Source: a virus
Lineage: Duplodnaviria > Caudoviricetes
IMG/VR virus record: IMGVR_UViG_3300028591_000010
Coordinates: 42,374-106,373 of that record
Reading direction: 5' to 3' (one strand)
DNA length: 64,000 nt
Part shown: positions 10,348-20,433 of the stretch, in pieces
Layout: each line of letters opens with the position of its first letter
Position numbering within the stretch: position 1 is the stretch's first letter
Made by a program: the position numbers and the translations under genes
The notes under the pieces: generated by a model
Databases searched by the model: none
Seen by the model: the letters and a program-made list of their open reading frames with translations, nothing else
Told to the model about the DNA's origin: nothing

Positions 10348-10468
10348 GTAGAATGGTGAGGAGTCGAACCTCACATCACCGATTGGAGGGAAACCTTATT
10401 AAAGGAAATATTGAGTTTCTCGAATATCTTTACACCATCCCCGTTCTTACCTTTAAATGACATTCTAC
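10348..10468 (-). ncRNA. tRNA-like element (acceptor stem plus T-arm) with ~85-nt internal domain, upstream of PolB
   Basis: GTAGAATG/CATTCTAC stem stacked directly on GTGAGG-TTCGACT-CCTCAC. Confidence 0.65.
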
Positions 10469-10708
10469 ACTTGCGCACACCGTGGAATTCAACCACTCTC
10501 CGTTTCGAATGAGACGCTTGGCGACTCACGAAGAACTGCGCGGTCACCCCCGATTCTTTCGAATCTGCCGATGTCGTGACATGCAGTAGTGTGCTACACA
10601 GTTACGTTTTAGTTCCGCTATCGGGGAGCTCAACTCTCGTATTACATTTTTTCCGTTTGCTACGAATTTCACGTAGCGATGGTGTACTAAAAGAGGCTTT
10701 ACTGTGCA

Positions 10709-11560
10709 TTATGCGGCTTGAGGCAAGATCATACGACCCTTCTTACGCTTATGGTCTTTCAGGTTTGATGCTACAAGCTTCTTATTCAGAGCTTTAGCCT
10801 CGTTCGTAATCTTCTGTGCCTTTCTCAGCAGCTTAGAGTTTTTATCCAGCTCATTCACACGATGACCATCACCGTTGATGTCTTTCAACTCTGCTATTTG
10901 CTTTTCCTGATACTGTGCAGTACCAGATTCACTGATTTTGTACCGACCAGTGAGCGGTAACTTGTCAAACATAGAGACAACGAAGTCTCTTATTCGTATC
11001 AAAGCCTGTTCCTTCTCAGCTTCCCAAGCAGGAATCAATTCGTCCTTAAACAAATCGTCGTCAGGACAAGGCTTCGGATGTTTCTTCTCCCATTTCTTGA
11101 GCTTATCTTGAGTATAAAACTCCATCTTGGCTGCTTTGCCTAGATTCTTCCACAGTTTCTTTTGATAATCCTGTGAGTTGGGATACTCTGATGGATAGTC
11201 CCATTTCTTAAGTTCGACTGTTCCATCCTTATGTTTTATCCACTTCTCTCCGCGTATTCTCTTATAAAGAGACTTGCACTGTGGATACTTCTCGTGTTTC
11301 CAATTACAAGTGAGTTGATGATACGTTAATCCGTATTTATCAGGTTTATCGTTAATCACCATATATGCTCCAGCCATATTAGGTCCTACATTGAATCTAG
11401 ATAGCTTATTTGTTATTGTATTCCACGGAACCTGATATATCTTCTTATCAGAAAACTTTTTAGGTACGGTACAATTTCTAACGGAGAATTGACGACTCAT
11501 GGCTGCAAGATGCGCTACTTTTCTTCTACGCACCTTAGGACGTACACTGCGACTTCCCAT
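10709..11560 (-). CDS. Basic hypothetical protein ending in ...PQAA
   Basis: Intact 283-aa Lys/Arg-rich ORF. Confidence 0.75.
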   Translation of the reverse strand: MGSRSVRPKVRRRKVAHLAAMSRQFSVRNCTVPKKFSDKKIYQVPWNTITNKLSRFNVGPNMAGAYMVINDKPDKYGLTYHQLTCNWKHEKYPQCKSLYKRIRGEKWIKHKDGTVELKKWDYPSEYPNSQDYQKKLWKNLGKAAKMEFYTQDKLKKWEKKHPKPCPDDDLFKDELIPAWEAEKEQALIRIRDFVVSMFDKLPLTGRYKISESGTAQYQEKQIAELKDINGDGHRVNELDKNSKLLRKAQKITNEAKALNKKLVASNLKDHKRKKGRMILPQAA

Positions 11561-11589
11561 ATCAGTTTAGCTATTAAATCTAACATAGG

Positions 11590-12288
11590 TTATGCGGCCT
11601 TTTTAAGGCCTTCTGAGCTCTTTTTAGAGTTCAGCTGGACAGTTGTACTACCCTTCTTCTTTGCTGCCTTCTCAGTGGCCCATTTGTCGCGTAGAGATTT
11701 TACTTGAGCTTTGAAGTTTTTACGATTCTTCTTGCTCATATTAGCAACATTATAGCGCTTTTTGAGAACGTTCTTACCCTTTGGGCGGCTATGTGGAACG
11801 TTCTTGTTCTTGGGTTTCTTCGGAATCTCCTCTTTGGATATGACTGATTCCATCTTCTTAGCATATGGATATATCTTTGCTTTCGGAGGAGCAATCTCAC
11901 GAATCTTCGCGAGTATATCCTGATTACCATCTATAGAGAAGTACGTATCTCCGTGATACTTATACTGAATCTTGGCTTTTGCCAAAGCCTCCTTCATCAT
12001 AGCACTATCCTTTGTGTCTAGCATTACGAGGATGCTATATTCCTTCGGAGCATTAAGTTGCTCTATGAGTTTCTTAACCAACTCCTCTGTCTTCTCTTCC
12101 GTAAACTTCATACGAGCACAACGGCGACGTAGTGCATTAATTCGGAAATTACGGAACTGTTCTTCACGAGCCTTTTTACGAGCTTCTGCGTCTTTAATAG
12201 ACTTTACCTTACCTGTAGGAACATTAGATGTATTCTTATTGGTAGCCTGACCATTCTTGGCAGTTTCTACCTGCGTATTCTTATTCAT
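11590..12288 (-). CDS. Highly basic hypothetical protein ending in ...GLKKAA
   Basis: Intact 232-aa Lys-rich ORF. Confidence 0.75.
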   Translation of the reverse strand: MNKNTQVETAKNGQATNKNTSNVPTGKVKSIKDAEARKKAREEQFRNFRINALRRRCARMKFTEEKTEELVKKLIEQLNAPKEYSILVMLDTKDSAMMKEALAKAKIQYKYHGDTYFSIDGNQDILAKIREIAPPKAKIYPYAKKMESVISKEEIPKKPKNKNVPHSRPKGKNVLKKRYNVANMSKKNRKNFKAQVKSLRDKWATEKAAKKKGSTTVQLNSKKSSEGLKKAA

Positions 12289-12587
12289 ATTGATTATGAT
12301 GTTTTTAAAAGTTAAAATAATTTGTTAATTGTACGCGCAAACCAATTCATGCGCTTGAGCATATAGACTATATTATTGTGGTCATTATAGACACCAATAA
12401 CTTTGTAGTCTTTTGACAGCTCTTCGAGACGAGTATTACTGATAATACCGTCACTGGTTATTTGGATATATTTTTGTTTCATATTGATTACGATTTAAAA
12501 GTTTTGGGAAATATTTTTGTGATCGGTTACGGGAACGATCCGCTCATACATAGAAATGTATGCACCAACATTCCGATCGGTTTTCGC

Positions 12588-13142
12588 TTATATAGCGAAA
12601 TCCTGCTCAAACATAGTAGCAGTCTTATCGTCAAGAGTAATCTCAGTATTGTTATTGAAATTCTCCATATTAGTGTCAAACTTATTAGCCTTCAACTGCA
12701 AATCCTTAATCAGAGCTGCAATCTTAGCACTTGTGAAAATCTCCTCCTTACCAATATTCTTAAGACCCTTCTGAGCCTTAGTCTTCTGGTCAAGCGTAGG
12801 AATCATCTTAAGCTGTGCAATAGCCTCCTTCATCTCACAAGCCATGAAGATGCTATAATTGTTGGTCTTCTTGAAATCCTCAGCATTGAACGTATCAATA
12901 CCCATATTTAAATAAAACAACATACCTTTAATATACACCAGCTTCTCTGCCATCTGAGTAATCTCGTTATAGAGAGCCTTCAGATCGTGTGTACGGAAGC
13001 CATTCTTAATCTCTTTCTTAGAGAGCAGATTCTCTGCCTTAATATAGCTCCAATACTTCTTCTTCTTACTATTAATATCATCACGCATATTAATAATCTT
13101 ACCTGAGTTCAACTTAATTGATTTCGTCATATATATAAACAT
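12588..13142 (-). CDS. Hypothetical coiled-coil protein (start may be ATG 13130)
   Basis: Intact ORF with helical composition. Confidence 0.7.
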   Translation of the reverse strand: MFIYMTKSIKLNSGKIINMRDDINSKKKKYWSYIKAENLLSKKEIKNGFRTHDLKALYNEITQMAEKLVYIKGMLFYLNMGIDTFNAEDFKKTNNYSIFMACEMKEAIAQLKMIPTLDQKTKAQKGLKNIGKEEIFTSAKIAALIKDLQLKANKFDTNMENFNNNTEITLDDKTATMFEQDFAI

Positions 13143-13241
13143 TTGATTTAGTTAGACTTCGTGTTAATTAAATTGAATTCGAGTATCATCTACCTGTGAC
13201 TTATAGCAAATCGCTTCACTATAAATCTAAACAAATCTCTG

Positions 13242-13606
13242 TGAGGGCAGAATCCCGCAAGATTCTACCCTCAAACTCCCGCAAGAGTTATAGACGAGAT
13301 AAGTTTTATGAAAATAGCATTATCGACAATGACCTAGATATATTCATTGCTCAGTTCATCAAGATGTTATTATACTACCGCAATAATATAACAACTAAAT
13401 CCCGCAAGATTTATTAGTCTCGACTAATATGAGCTCCGACTACACCCATTTCAAGGTCAATAAATGCTCTACCAGTTGCGTCTGGAAAACGATACGTATG
13501 AGTACGTGTACGAGTATTAACGTTAACGACAATGTTTGTGTCATTGGCAGGTGTCTCAGTGACTACAACCCTTGAGCCCGACTTCCTCTGGTCTCCCGCA
13601 AGAGAC
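13242..13606 (-). promoter_or_regulatory. Cluster of five RNA hairpins with invariant UUGCGG loop
   Basis: Hairpins at 13242-13273, 13274-13289, 13366-13395, 13396-13413 and 13591-13606. Stems differ in sequence, the loop is identical, and G-U pairs form only on the minus strand. Confidence 0.8.
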
Positions 13607-14004
13607 GATTGTCCGTCACCATTACACACATGTCTATAACAATCCATCAGACGATTAACTACATCGTTATACTTTTCCGCACGTTGTGCTTCCTTAGCTA
13701 TTTCAACACTCAAACCTTCTTCCAATGCTTTCGCATTTAATCCTGAAGAAAGGTCAACCAGGGCATCCCATACAGCGAGAGCCCAACTTTCAAATGTAAG
13801 TTCGCGCTTACATCCGATCAGCTGATTCCAGAACCAATGAGTTGTTTCACCAAGAATCACGGTTCCTTCTACATCGTCAATACGATACGTCTTGTATGAT
13901 CTACCCTCTTTGCCAGCAGCTTTTACCTTATTGGCAATAGTTTCATTGTTCATCAGAATCTCCATATATTTTACGGAGTCTGGAACGAGGGCTGTTTTCG
14001 GCAT
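13414..14004 (-). CDS. Hypothetical protein
   Basis: Intact 196-aa ORF starting 2 nt after the upstream stop. Confidence 0.75.
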   Translation of the reverse strand: MPKTALVPDSVKYMEILMNNETIANKVKAAGKEGRSYKTYRIDDVEGTVILGETTHWFWNQLIGCKRELTFESWALAVWDALVDLSSGLNAKALEEGLSVEIAKEAQRAEKYNDVVNRLMDCYRHVCNGDGQSSLAGDQRKSGSRVVVTETPANDTNIVVNVNTRTRTHTYRFPDATGRAFIDLEMGVVGAHISRD

Positions 14005-14006
14005 AA

Positions 14007-14660
14007 CTATTCAGTTACGTGAACATTTACAATTGCATCTGCGTTTACGTCAGACTTAATATCGAGATTATCGATCTTAGACTCTGACCACTGACGCTTG
14101 TACTCAGCAGCCTTACGGAGATTTTCCGTAATAGCAGTCTCTACAGACTGACGCTGACTCTGAAGAGTCTTAATCAGCGCATCGATCTCTGCCAGAGTAC
14201 CCTTATTGGCCTCATTCAGGACAGATACAGTTTCGTCAACTGCGACAAAGAAGTTCTTACCTGTGCCACGCAGAGCATCATTGATAGCATCGCGCATAGA
14301 CTTCTCTACAACCAGAGGGTTAGTGCCATTCAAGGGGCACTTGAAGTCACTTTCGCCATTATCCTTCAAGTTAACAGCAATACATACACGCTGGGAGTCG
14401 CCAAGACCTTCCGTCACATAGTTGACACCTTTGATGTCAATCAGACGAATGGTGTAACGCTTTGGCGACTGGTTCACCATCAAAGTATTACTTGCAGTAG
14501 CAAGATTCTTAGCCTCTTCAAACTTGTCCTTACCACCAGGCCATGTGGGCTGACATTCTACTTTACCAAAAGTCTTACCGAGAAGACCACCGATGAAACT
14601 CGCCGACTGACGAGTGCTTGCAATCACCTCATTGAGGTTAATTTCTACGTTTTTATCCAT
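14007..14660 (-). CDS. Hypothetical protein with C-terminal coiled coil
   Basis: Intact 217-aa ORF with biased codon usage. Confidence 0.75.
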   Translation of the reverse strand: MDKNVEINLNEVIASTRQSASFIGGLLGKTFGKVECQPTWPGGKDKFEEAKNLATASNTLMVNQSPKRYTIRLIDIKGVNYVTEGLGDSQRVCIAVNLKDNGESDFKCPLNGTNPLVVEKSMRDAINDALRGTGKNFFVAVDETVSVLNEANKGTLAEIDALIKTLQSQRQSVETAITENLRKAAEYKRQWSESKIDNLDIKSDVNADAIVNVHVTE

Positions 14661-14679
14661 TTTTACTTATCCTTTTTGA

Positions 14680-16800
14680 TACCGTGGTTGATCCACCAAC
14701 GATAAGTTAGAATATTTCCTACTTCAGGGTGTAGGTTCACCGCTATAGAGAGATTTACGTCCGGCTCGGCGGCTCTATGTCTGGACGGTGTTCGTCATAC
14801 TTATTTTTACTTCGGTAGCTGTGCTAATGGGAAGCTTCGTTTGCTTACTAGATTGTTACACTTCTATATTCCTTAAAATGAAGCTCAACTCATGTAACGG
14901 GAGCGAAATGGTATCGCATGTATACCCATAGACTAATAATATTCGAAGCTTTAAATGCCGAATGTGTAAATTCAATTTCTAAGTTTTCTTGAACAAGATA
15001 TTTATTGTTTGTAAAATATTCACTAAATACTTTCCCTTACGGTACTAAATCCAGAGTTTATACTTGTCCGTTGGCAAAATTTTGGCTAGGCCAACTAATG
15101 CTCATAGGACCCCACAAAAATTCGCGTAATTTCTTCGTTAGTATATTTCCCGTTGTCTATCGAATCATTACTGCGACGATTGTTGCTTAACCACAGATTT
15201 TCTCTGATGTTGCATGGTTTAAGGCCCACACTACTATTTACCTATATTCCCTTTTAATCATGACGTGCGTGTGTCATTGCACGGGACGTGCTTCATTATC
15301 GAACGATCTAGGCTCCAGAACCAAATAACCTTACGGCTTGTTTTCTTCTATTGGCATATTGCTTGCCTCATTGTTTATAGTGCACGAATACTGGAGGAAT
15401 TCCACCTCATACGTCTAGATTTATCACCCACCTAAAGATTCATTTTTATCGGTTTCCATTACTACTACTTACACACTAGGTATAAGGTTCATGCAGGTCG
15501 CTTTACCCCTCCTAGACAGGGAGGTGATTACTAATTTCACGATAGGCTGCCTTGCATCTGGATTTCTCCTTTGTCACGTATATTGCTTCATGGTCCGAAC
15601 GCACCATCTAGATTTGCTGTCTAGACTTCTGGTCTACCATCTTGCTACTTGCTTCTCAGGAACGGTTGGCACTCGAACTTCCCGACTTCAACTGCTTCTC
15701 ATACAACGAGAGCTAAGGTCTTCTACACCTTTTTCTATTATTACGTCTATCGGGGGACATCAATTTTTGTTAAACATGTTAATTAACTCTACGGCACGTT
15801 TTTCTACTCACATTTAGTTTCATCAGAATCTACTACATCGATATGTTGTTCACGTATAGTATACAGTTTACTACTCTGCCGGGACTATATGATATAGTAA
15901 CATAAGGAATCATCTGATTATATTCATGCTTTTGAGGAAGCGGACTTAAGTCTGTACTGGTGTGTACAGGGTCGGATCAACTCCCTAGATAAGTAAATTT
16001 GGCTGTCACGTTGCCATCGTACCACAGGACATTTCCTTTTACTGTGGGTCCTTCTATAGAATCATACTCGCTTACCAGTACTATCTACCTTTGAAATAGC
16101 GTTTCTACGCGCGCTTCATCCGCGTATTGTAGGCACCTGTCCTACAAGTTAAGTAGTGCATCTACCCGCTGTCCTTTTACTTTTATATACCGCATAAATG
16201 ACGAAAGCCTGGCGGTCAACATTTTCCTCAGTACCCCATCCCCGGTGACCCATTGAAACCTTAGCTTCAAAGGTGGTCATTCTGTCTCGACACAGAAAGG
16301 ATTTCTTCAAGGACCATATTTACGATATGGCGCAGACAGTCAAACCTTCTGCTAGGCACATATGTTATTTCTTCATCCCTTTATACACGCTGTGGAGGCG
16401 TGAAACACTAGATTACAGCTAATTGATACATCATTACAAGTCATGGTCAAATGTAATGTTGCGACTCCTGTCTCGTTATACTACCCTTATGTATCCTCAG
16501 ATAGCATGTCGAATACGGCATCATTCTGCGCTTCTTGCGACTTACTCGTTTTTATGGTAATCCCTCACCAAACGGTTCTCAGGGGCCAAAGGACTTGATA
16601 CAAACGCTCTGTCCTCTTACTATGAACTTTTCTGTTATGGAGTATGCATAACATCATAGCATTTCATCCTACCTTTTGGATATCTCACCTTTTGAGAAGG
16701 CTAACATATTCTCGGATCAAGTTATACTCTTCGCACCTGGGCTAATGAGACCCATCTGAAATGTGCTAAGCAGGTGCCACTCTGGCTGGAGCCACAGTAA
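14680..16800 (-). ncRNA. ~2.1-kb non-coding, hairpin-rich block; candidate large structured RNA(s)
   Basis: No minus-strand ORF of 60 aa or more in the track; TAA/TGA in all minus frames where sampled; many short inverted repeats. Strand is inferred from the flanking genes. Confidence 0.4.
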
Positions 16801-16802
16801 TC

Positions 16803-17303
16803 CTACTGTGACTCCCCTGTGGAGTGATTAACGTTTTTAGAGTATACAACTTCACCGTCGACAGTGAGCTGTATAGCAGATTCTTTAGAAGAACCTACAT
16901 CACACTCTCCAGTTTTCTCCTCACGAACTGGAGCTCCTTTGTTGCTAACAGTATCCACAGATGTCGGCTTTGGAGTAAGCATCATCCATGAATAGTCTGT
17001 CACTCTCGCGGGCGAGCTAACCCTTGAGAATTTTGTTTTAATAACTAGGATCTGCGGACGGTCCACATACGCAGTATCGTGTATGTACAGAGTATCTCTG
17101 CTGACCGTTGAATCCATTTGTACCGGCTGCTTCAGGGATGCCTGAAGGTCGTATGGCAACTTAGATATCTCCAGTGGAGATAACGTAGCTGCACTGAGAG
17201 TCTGATGCTTAGCAAAAGAACTCCCTGTACTATTTGACATTGCCAGGAATCCGCCAGCTAAGGCGAATGCAATGCAACAAATAATTGTTGTTACGTATTT
17301 CAT
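16803..17303 (-). CDS. Membrane-anchored/secreted hypothetical protein (TAG stop)
   Basis: N-terminal signal/TM segment; Ser/Thr/Pro-rich. Confidence 0.7.
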   Translation of the reverse strand: MKYVTTIICCIAFALAGGFLAMSNSTGSSFAKHQTLSAATLSPLEISKLPYDLQASLKQPVQMDSTVSRDTLYIHDTAYVDRPQILVIKTKFSRVSSPARVTDYSWMMLTPKPTSVDTVSNKGAPVREEKTGECDVGSSKESAIQLTVDGEVVYSKNVNHSTGESQ

Positions 17304-17343
17304 CTTTGATAGATTAATTTACCTAGTTGCCGTAGTATACAGA

Positions 17344-18732
17344 TTACTTCTGCTCTTCAGCAGGAGTCTCTGCCTGGGCAATTTCGGTGATGTTACTTTC
17401 TGAGTAAGCAATCGACTGAGAAAGAGGATCACGGAACAGGTTAACGATGATGCCGGCACGCTGCTGTACGTTGTGCAACAGTGAATCCATATCAACCTTA
17501 GTCAGATCAGTACCCTTATAATAGGTGTTGATGATCTGGTCAACAATCAGGTGAGCACGCTTGTAGTCAGCGTCGGTGTCATCCTTCTTGTTGAAGTTGT
17601 CGATGAGGTTGTCAACGTCCTCGATAGAGGGGTTGTTCATACCAATAACAATGCCGTTCATCTCATTGATAGTGTTGTTACATTTCTCAATGTAATCCTT
17701 GTGGGTTTTGATGTCAGTCTTTGCAATGTTCACCTCAGTTGCATCTTTGTTTTCCTTAACAATTTCCTCTTTCTTCTTGATGATGCGCTCATTCTCCTTA
17801 ATTCCCTTCTCTGCCTTAGAGATTTCCTCTTTACAGGACCAAGTGATCATGATACGGACCAAGTCGGCAATGAAGTCGTTGGTGAGAGCACCTTTGGTGT
17901 CGATCTTATCCGCATTGCGGCGATACATACAGAAAGGACCAATGATTGTACCAACGTTGACGAAGTTCTTGCGGAACAAGCCAGCGTTACCAACCAGACC
18001 AACGGGACACGGACCTACGACAGCAGCCATTTCAGAGAGAAGGTCAGAATAGCTCTTATTCTTCACCTCTTCAAGAGCAGCCTTCTTGTCTTCAGCCTTG
18101 TTTGCCTGAATAGTCAGATAACCACGATAGAAATCGGTAGCACGACGCATGCGGGCAATAATGCCCTCATTACCTCTACTGATAAGCAGAGTCAACGATG
18201 CAGCGAGTTGCTCGGGACTAGTAACTTCTGCAGGGTTGGTCACACCTTCCAACTTCTCTTCGGCAGCAATCTTCTTCTTCATGTCATCACTTACCTTTAC
18301 GGCAGTGGACGGAATCTGAACATCACCCTTCTCATTAGGAGCGGGCAAAGCCTTCACATCAATTGCTACGCCAGTGAACTCGCTGATGGCGTTTACAGCT
18401 TCTACCTGGTTCTTCAGCATCATTTGTGCAAATGGGCTCTTATTTTCATGAACCTCAATAGCCAATACTGTTGCAAAGCCAGTCAATGTGAATACATTGA
18501 TACTGTGAATCGTGTCTTCAGACAGATTATAATATGCAGCAGCGTTAGGATTGTCGTGGATCATACCTTTCAAGCCATTCAACGCCGTTACAGTCGCATC
18601 GGGGCTTAATCCACTCTTTATCCCATTTACCACTGTCTTAACAGCTGGATTTTCTACTTTTGGAGTCTGCTGTGCTGCAGCCTCTTCTGCAGCCTGCTGT
18701 GCAGGACTCTTCTTGTTATTCTTGTTTGCCAT
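17344..18732 (-). CDS. Large hypothetical protein, probably highly expressed
   Basis: 462-aa ORF with strong codon bias. Confidence 0.8.
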   Translation of the reverse strand: MANKNNKKSPAQQAAEEAAAQQTPKVENPAVKTVVNGIKSGLSPDATVTALNGLKGMIHDNPNAAAYYNLSEDTIHSINVFTLTGFATVLAIEVHENKSPFAQMMLKNQVEAVNAISEFTGVAIDVKALPAPNEKGDVQIPSTAVKVSDDMKKKIAAEEKLEGVTNPAEVTSPEQLAASLTLLISRGNEGIIARMRRATDFYRGYLTIQANKAEDKKAALEEVKNKSYSDLLSEMAAVVGPCPVGLVGNAGLFRKNFVNVGTIIGPFCMYRRNADKIDTKGALTNDFIADLVRIMITWSCKEEISKAEKGIKENERIIKKKEEIVKENKDATEVNIAKTDIKTHKDYIEKCNNTINEMNGIVIGMNNPSIEDVDNLIDNFNKKDDTDADYKRAHLIVDQIINTYYKGTDLTKVDMDSLLHNVQQRAGIIVNLFRDPLSQSIAYSESNITEIAQAETPAEEQK

Positions 18733-18815
18733 TTTGATAACGGTTTTAAAGATTAAATACTTGTAGCTGGTTAGACTACTTAACTATAACCAATTGCCGA
18801 AAGTAGACGTTTCTT

Positions 18816-19220
18816 TCAAGAATCATCTATAATTGCAACCGAGTTTGGTGGATTCGGCAAGATATGGATGTATCCCTGAGTCACCTCAGAGACATTACTC
18901 AAGGTAAAATTACGCTCATAAGCAGGTACTATTGCCTGACTCACAGGTTCTGAAGTTACCTTCTTAGGTGCTGGTAGACCATCATCTGCTAAAAGGTATA
19001 CTAATGAACCTGATGAAGCCGCCAGCCCCTGTGTGGGCTGTACCTGCATGAACGTCGTCTTACCTTCATCTTTAGCGAAGCTATCATGGATAAGCTTAAC
19101 GCCTGCAAAGCCCAACACATAACATGTGAGCAATGCCCAGAACAGCTTATTACTTTCATTGTATCGAGCAATGAGAGTAATTAATACTATTCCGAGAATG
19201 AAAGTGAACAATGTCAACAT
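18816..19220 (-). CDS. Two-TM membrane protein immediately downstream of the ECF sigma gene (anti-sigma-like position)
   Basis: Two N-terminal hydrophobic helices; starts 3 nt after the sigma stop. Confidence 0.65.
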   Translation of the reverse strand: MLTLFTFILGIVLITLIARYNESNKLFWALLTCYVLGFAGVKLIHDSFAKDEGKTTFMQVQPTQGLAASSGSLVYLLADDGLPAPKKVTSEPVSQAIVPAYERNFTLSNVSEVTQGYIHILPNPPNSVAIIDDS

Positions 19221-19223
19221 AAC

Positions 19224-19793
19224 TTAAACGTTAATTTTGGTTTTTAATTTGCGTCTAGTTCTCGACAACGTTGACTTTATAGTTCCTGTTGGGATTTTTA
19301 ACGCTTTACTAATCTTTTTAACTGGTAAATTATCGACATAAAACAACTCAAAGATCTTACGAGTGACCTCTGGTAGTTTTTCGAATTCAGCGACAACTTG
19401 TTTATACGTCAAATGATTGACTAGATCATCCTCCGCTGATACTTGAACATTTTTAAGTGACAGTCTATCACCTTCATCTTCAAGTACAAGTCGCTTATTA
19501 CGCGTCTCACGTAAATAATCTACAGCTGTATGATTAGCTATAATTCTCAGCCAACCTCCAAAGGAGTTGTAAGCTGTGAATGTCGAGAGTTTATCATACA
19601 CTTTAAGAAATACAATATTAGCGATATCTTTCGCTTCATCCATATCTCTAAGATATTGGAATAACACACTTTCAACAAACGGTTTGTATCTTCTATAGAG
19701 TGTATTAAAAGCAAGCTCATCGCCTGCTTGCGCCTTTTTGATTAGACCAATTTCAACATCGGTGATTCTAGGATTCTTCATAATCAAAAACAA
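19224..19793 (-). CDS. ECF-type (sigma-70 group 4) RNA polymerase sigma factor
   Basis: Region 2 AQAGDELAFNTLY...DEAKDI...FGGWLRIIANH.AVDYLR; region 4 ISKALKIPTGTIKSTLSR. Confidence 0.92.
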   Translation of the reverse strand: MFLIMKNPRITDVEIGLIKKAQAGDELAFNTLYRRYKPFVESVLFQYLRDMDEAKDIANIVFLKVYDKLSTFTAYNSFGGWLRIIANHTAVDYLRETRNKRLVLEDEGDRLSLKNVQVSAEDDLVNHLTYKQVVAEFEKLPEVTRKIFELFYVDNLPVKKISKALKIPTGTIKSTLSRTRRKLKTKINV

Positions 19794-20004
19794 TTAGCCG
19801 GTTATTAAGGTGTCACTCCTGTAACAGACGGTGCTGCATATAGTGTAAGAAGTATGAGCAGGGTTCAATTGGACTTATCTTTAGGATTAGAGTACCTTCA
19901 CTAGTTGCCAACCATCGCTCTGTACTCCCAGATCGACTGCTACGAATCTTTCATACTTCTTAATTGTGGGCAGTTGCTATCAAAAGCTACCTCAAGGGAC
20001 TGCC

Positions 20005-20427
20005 CTAGAACGGGAGATCTTCAGTATTTATCTCTGACATCTCCTGCCTTATGTTAGAAGTTAAGTTATGATGTATCTTTTTCGCGATGTCATCTGGTAC
20101 ATACCAATCGTCTACTAGCTTATTTAATGTACTTGTAAATATACGAATTCGTACATCTATAGCACGATAATCCGTTATTCCAATAGCTAATACAATACGA
20201 TCGTTAACCCACTTTAAGAGATTTCTTAAATGTGAGTTTGTACAAATGGCATATATAACATCTTCATCTAACTTCTCGTCTCCAGAAACAAATATTCGTG
20301 GACATTCTAATGCGCAATTGCGCCTTGATTGTATGATACGCAACTGGGCGTACTGTTCACTAACTTTTGTTTCATCAGTAATTGTGACTCCTAAGAGTCT
20401 TAAATAGTAGGAAAATATACTAAACAT
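20005..20427 (-). CDS. Hypothetical protein with SSB-like C-terminal tail (EDLPF), TAG stop
   Basis: Intact 140-aa ORF ending TEDLPF-TAG. Confidence 0.7.
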   Translation of the reverse strand: MFSIFSYYLRLLGVTITDETKVSEQYAQLRIIQSRRNCALECPRIFVSGDEKLDEDVIYAICTNSHLRNLLKWVNDRIVLAIGITDYRAIDVRIRIFTSTLNKLVDDWYVPDDIAKKIHHNLTSNIRQEMSEINTEDLPF

Positions 20428-20433
20428 ATTCCT

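Noticed and set aside
13196-13417. 73-aa plus-strand ORF with repeated SRK
   Set aside because: The repeats come from the CCGCAA hairpin loops, and the ORF is antisense to the operon.
15878-15900. Group I intron core (ATATAGTCC-like element on the minus strand)
   Set aside because: It is a local palindrome; no matching P7 partner, interrupted host gene or homing endonuclease was found.
17551-18609. 352-aa plus-strand ORF, and similar antisense ORFs such as 21890..22378, 2179..2616 and 54092..54499
   Set aside because: Shadow frames of strongly codon-biased or repetitive genes on the other strand, with no protein-like features.
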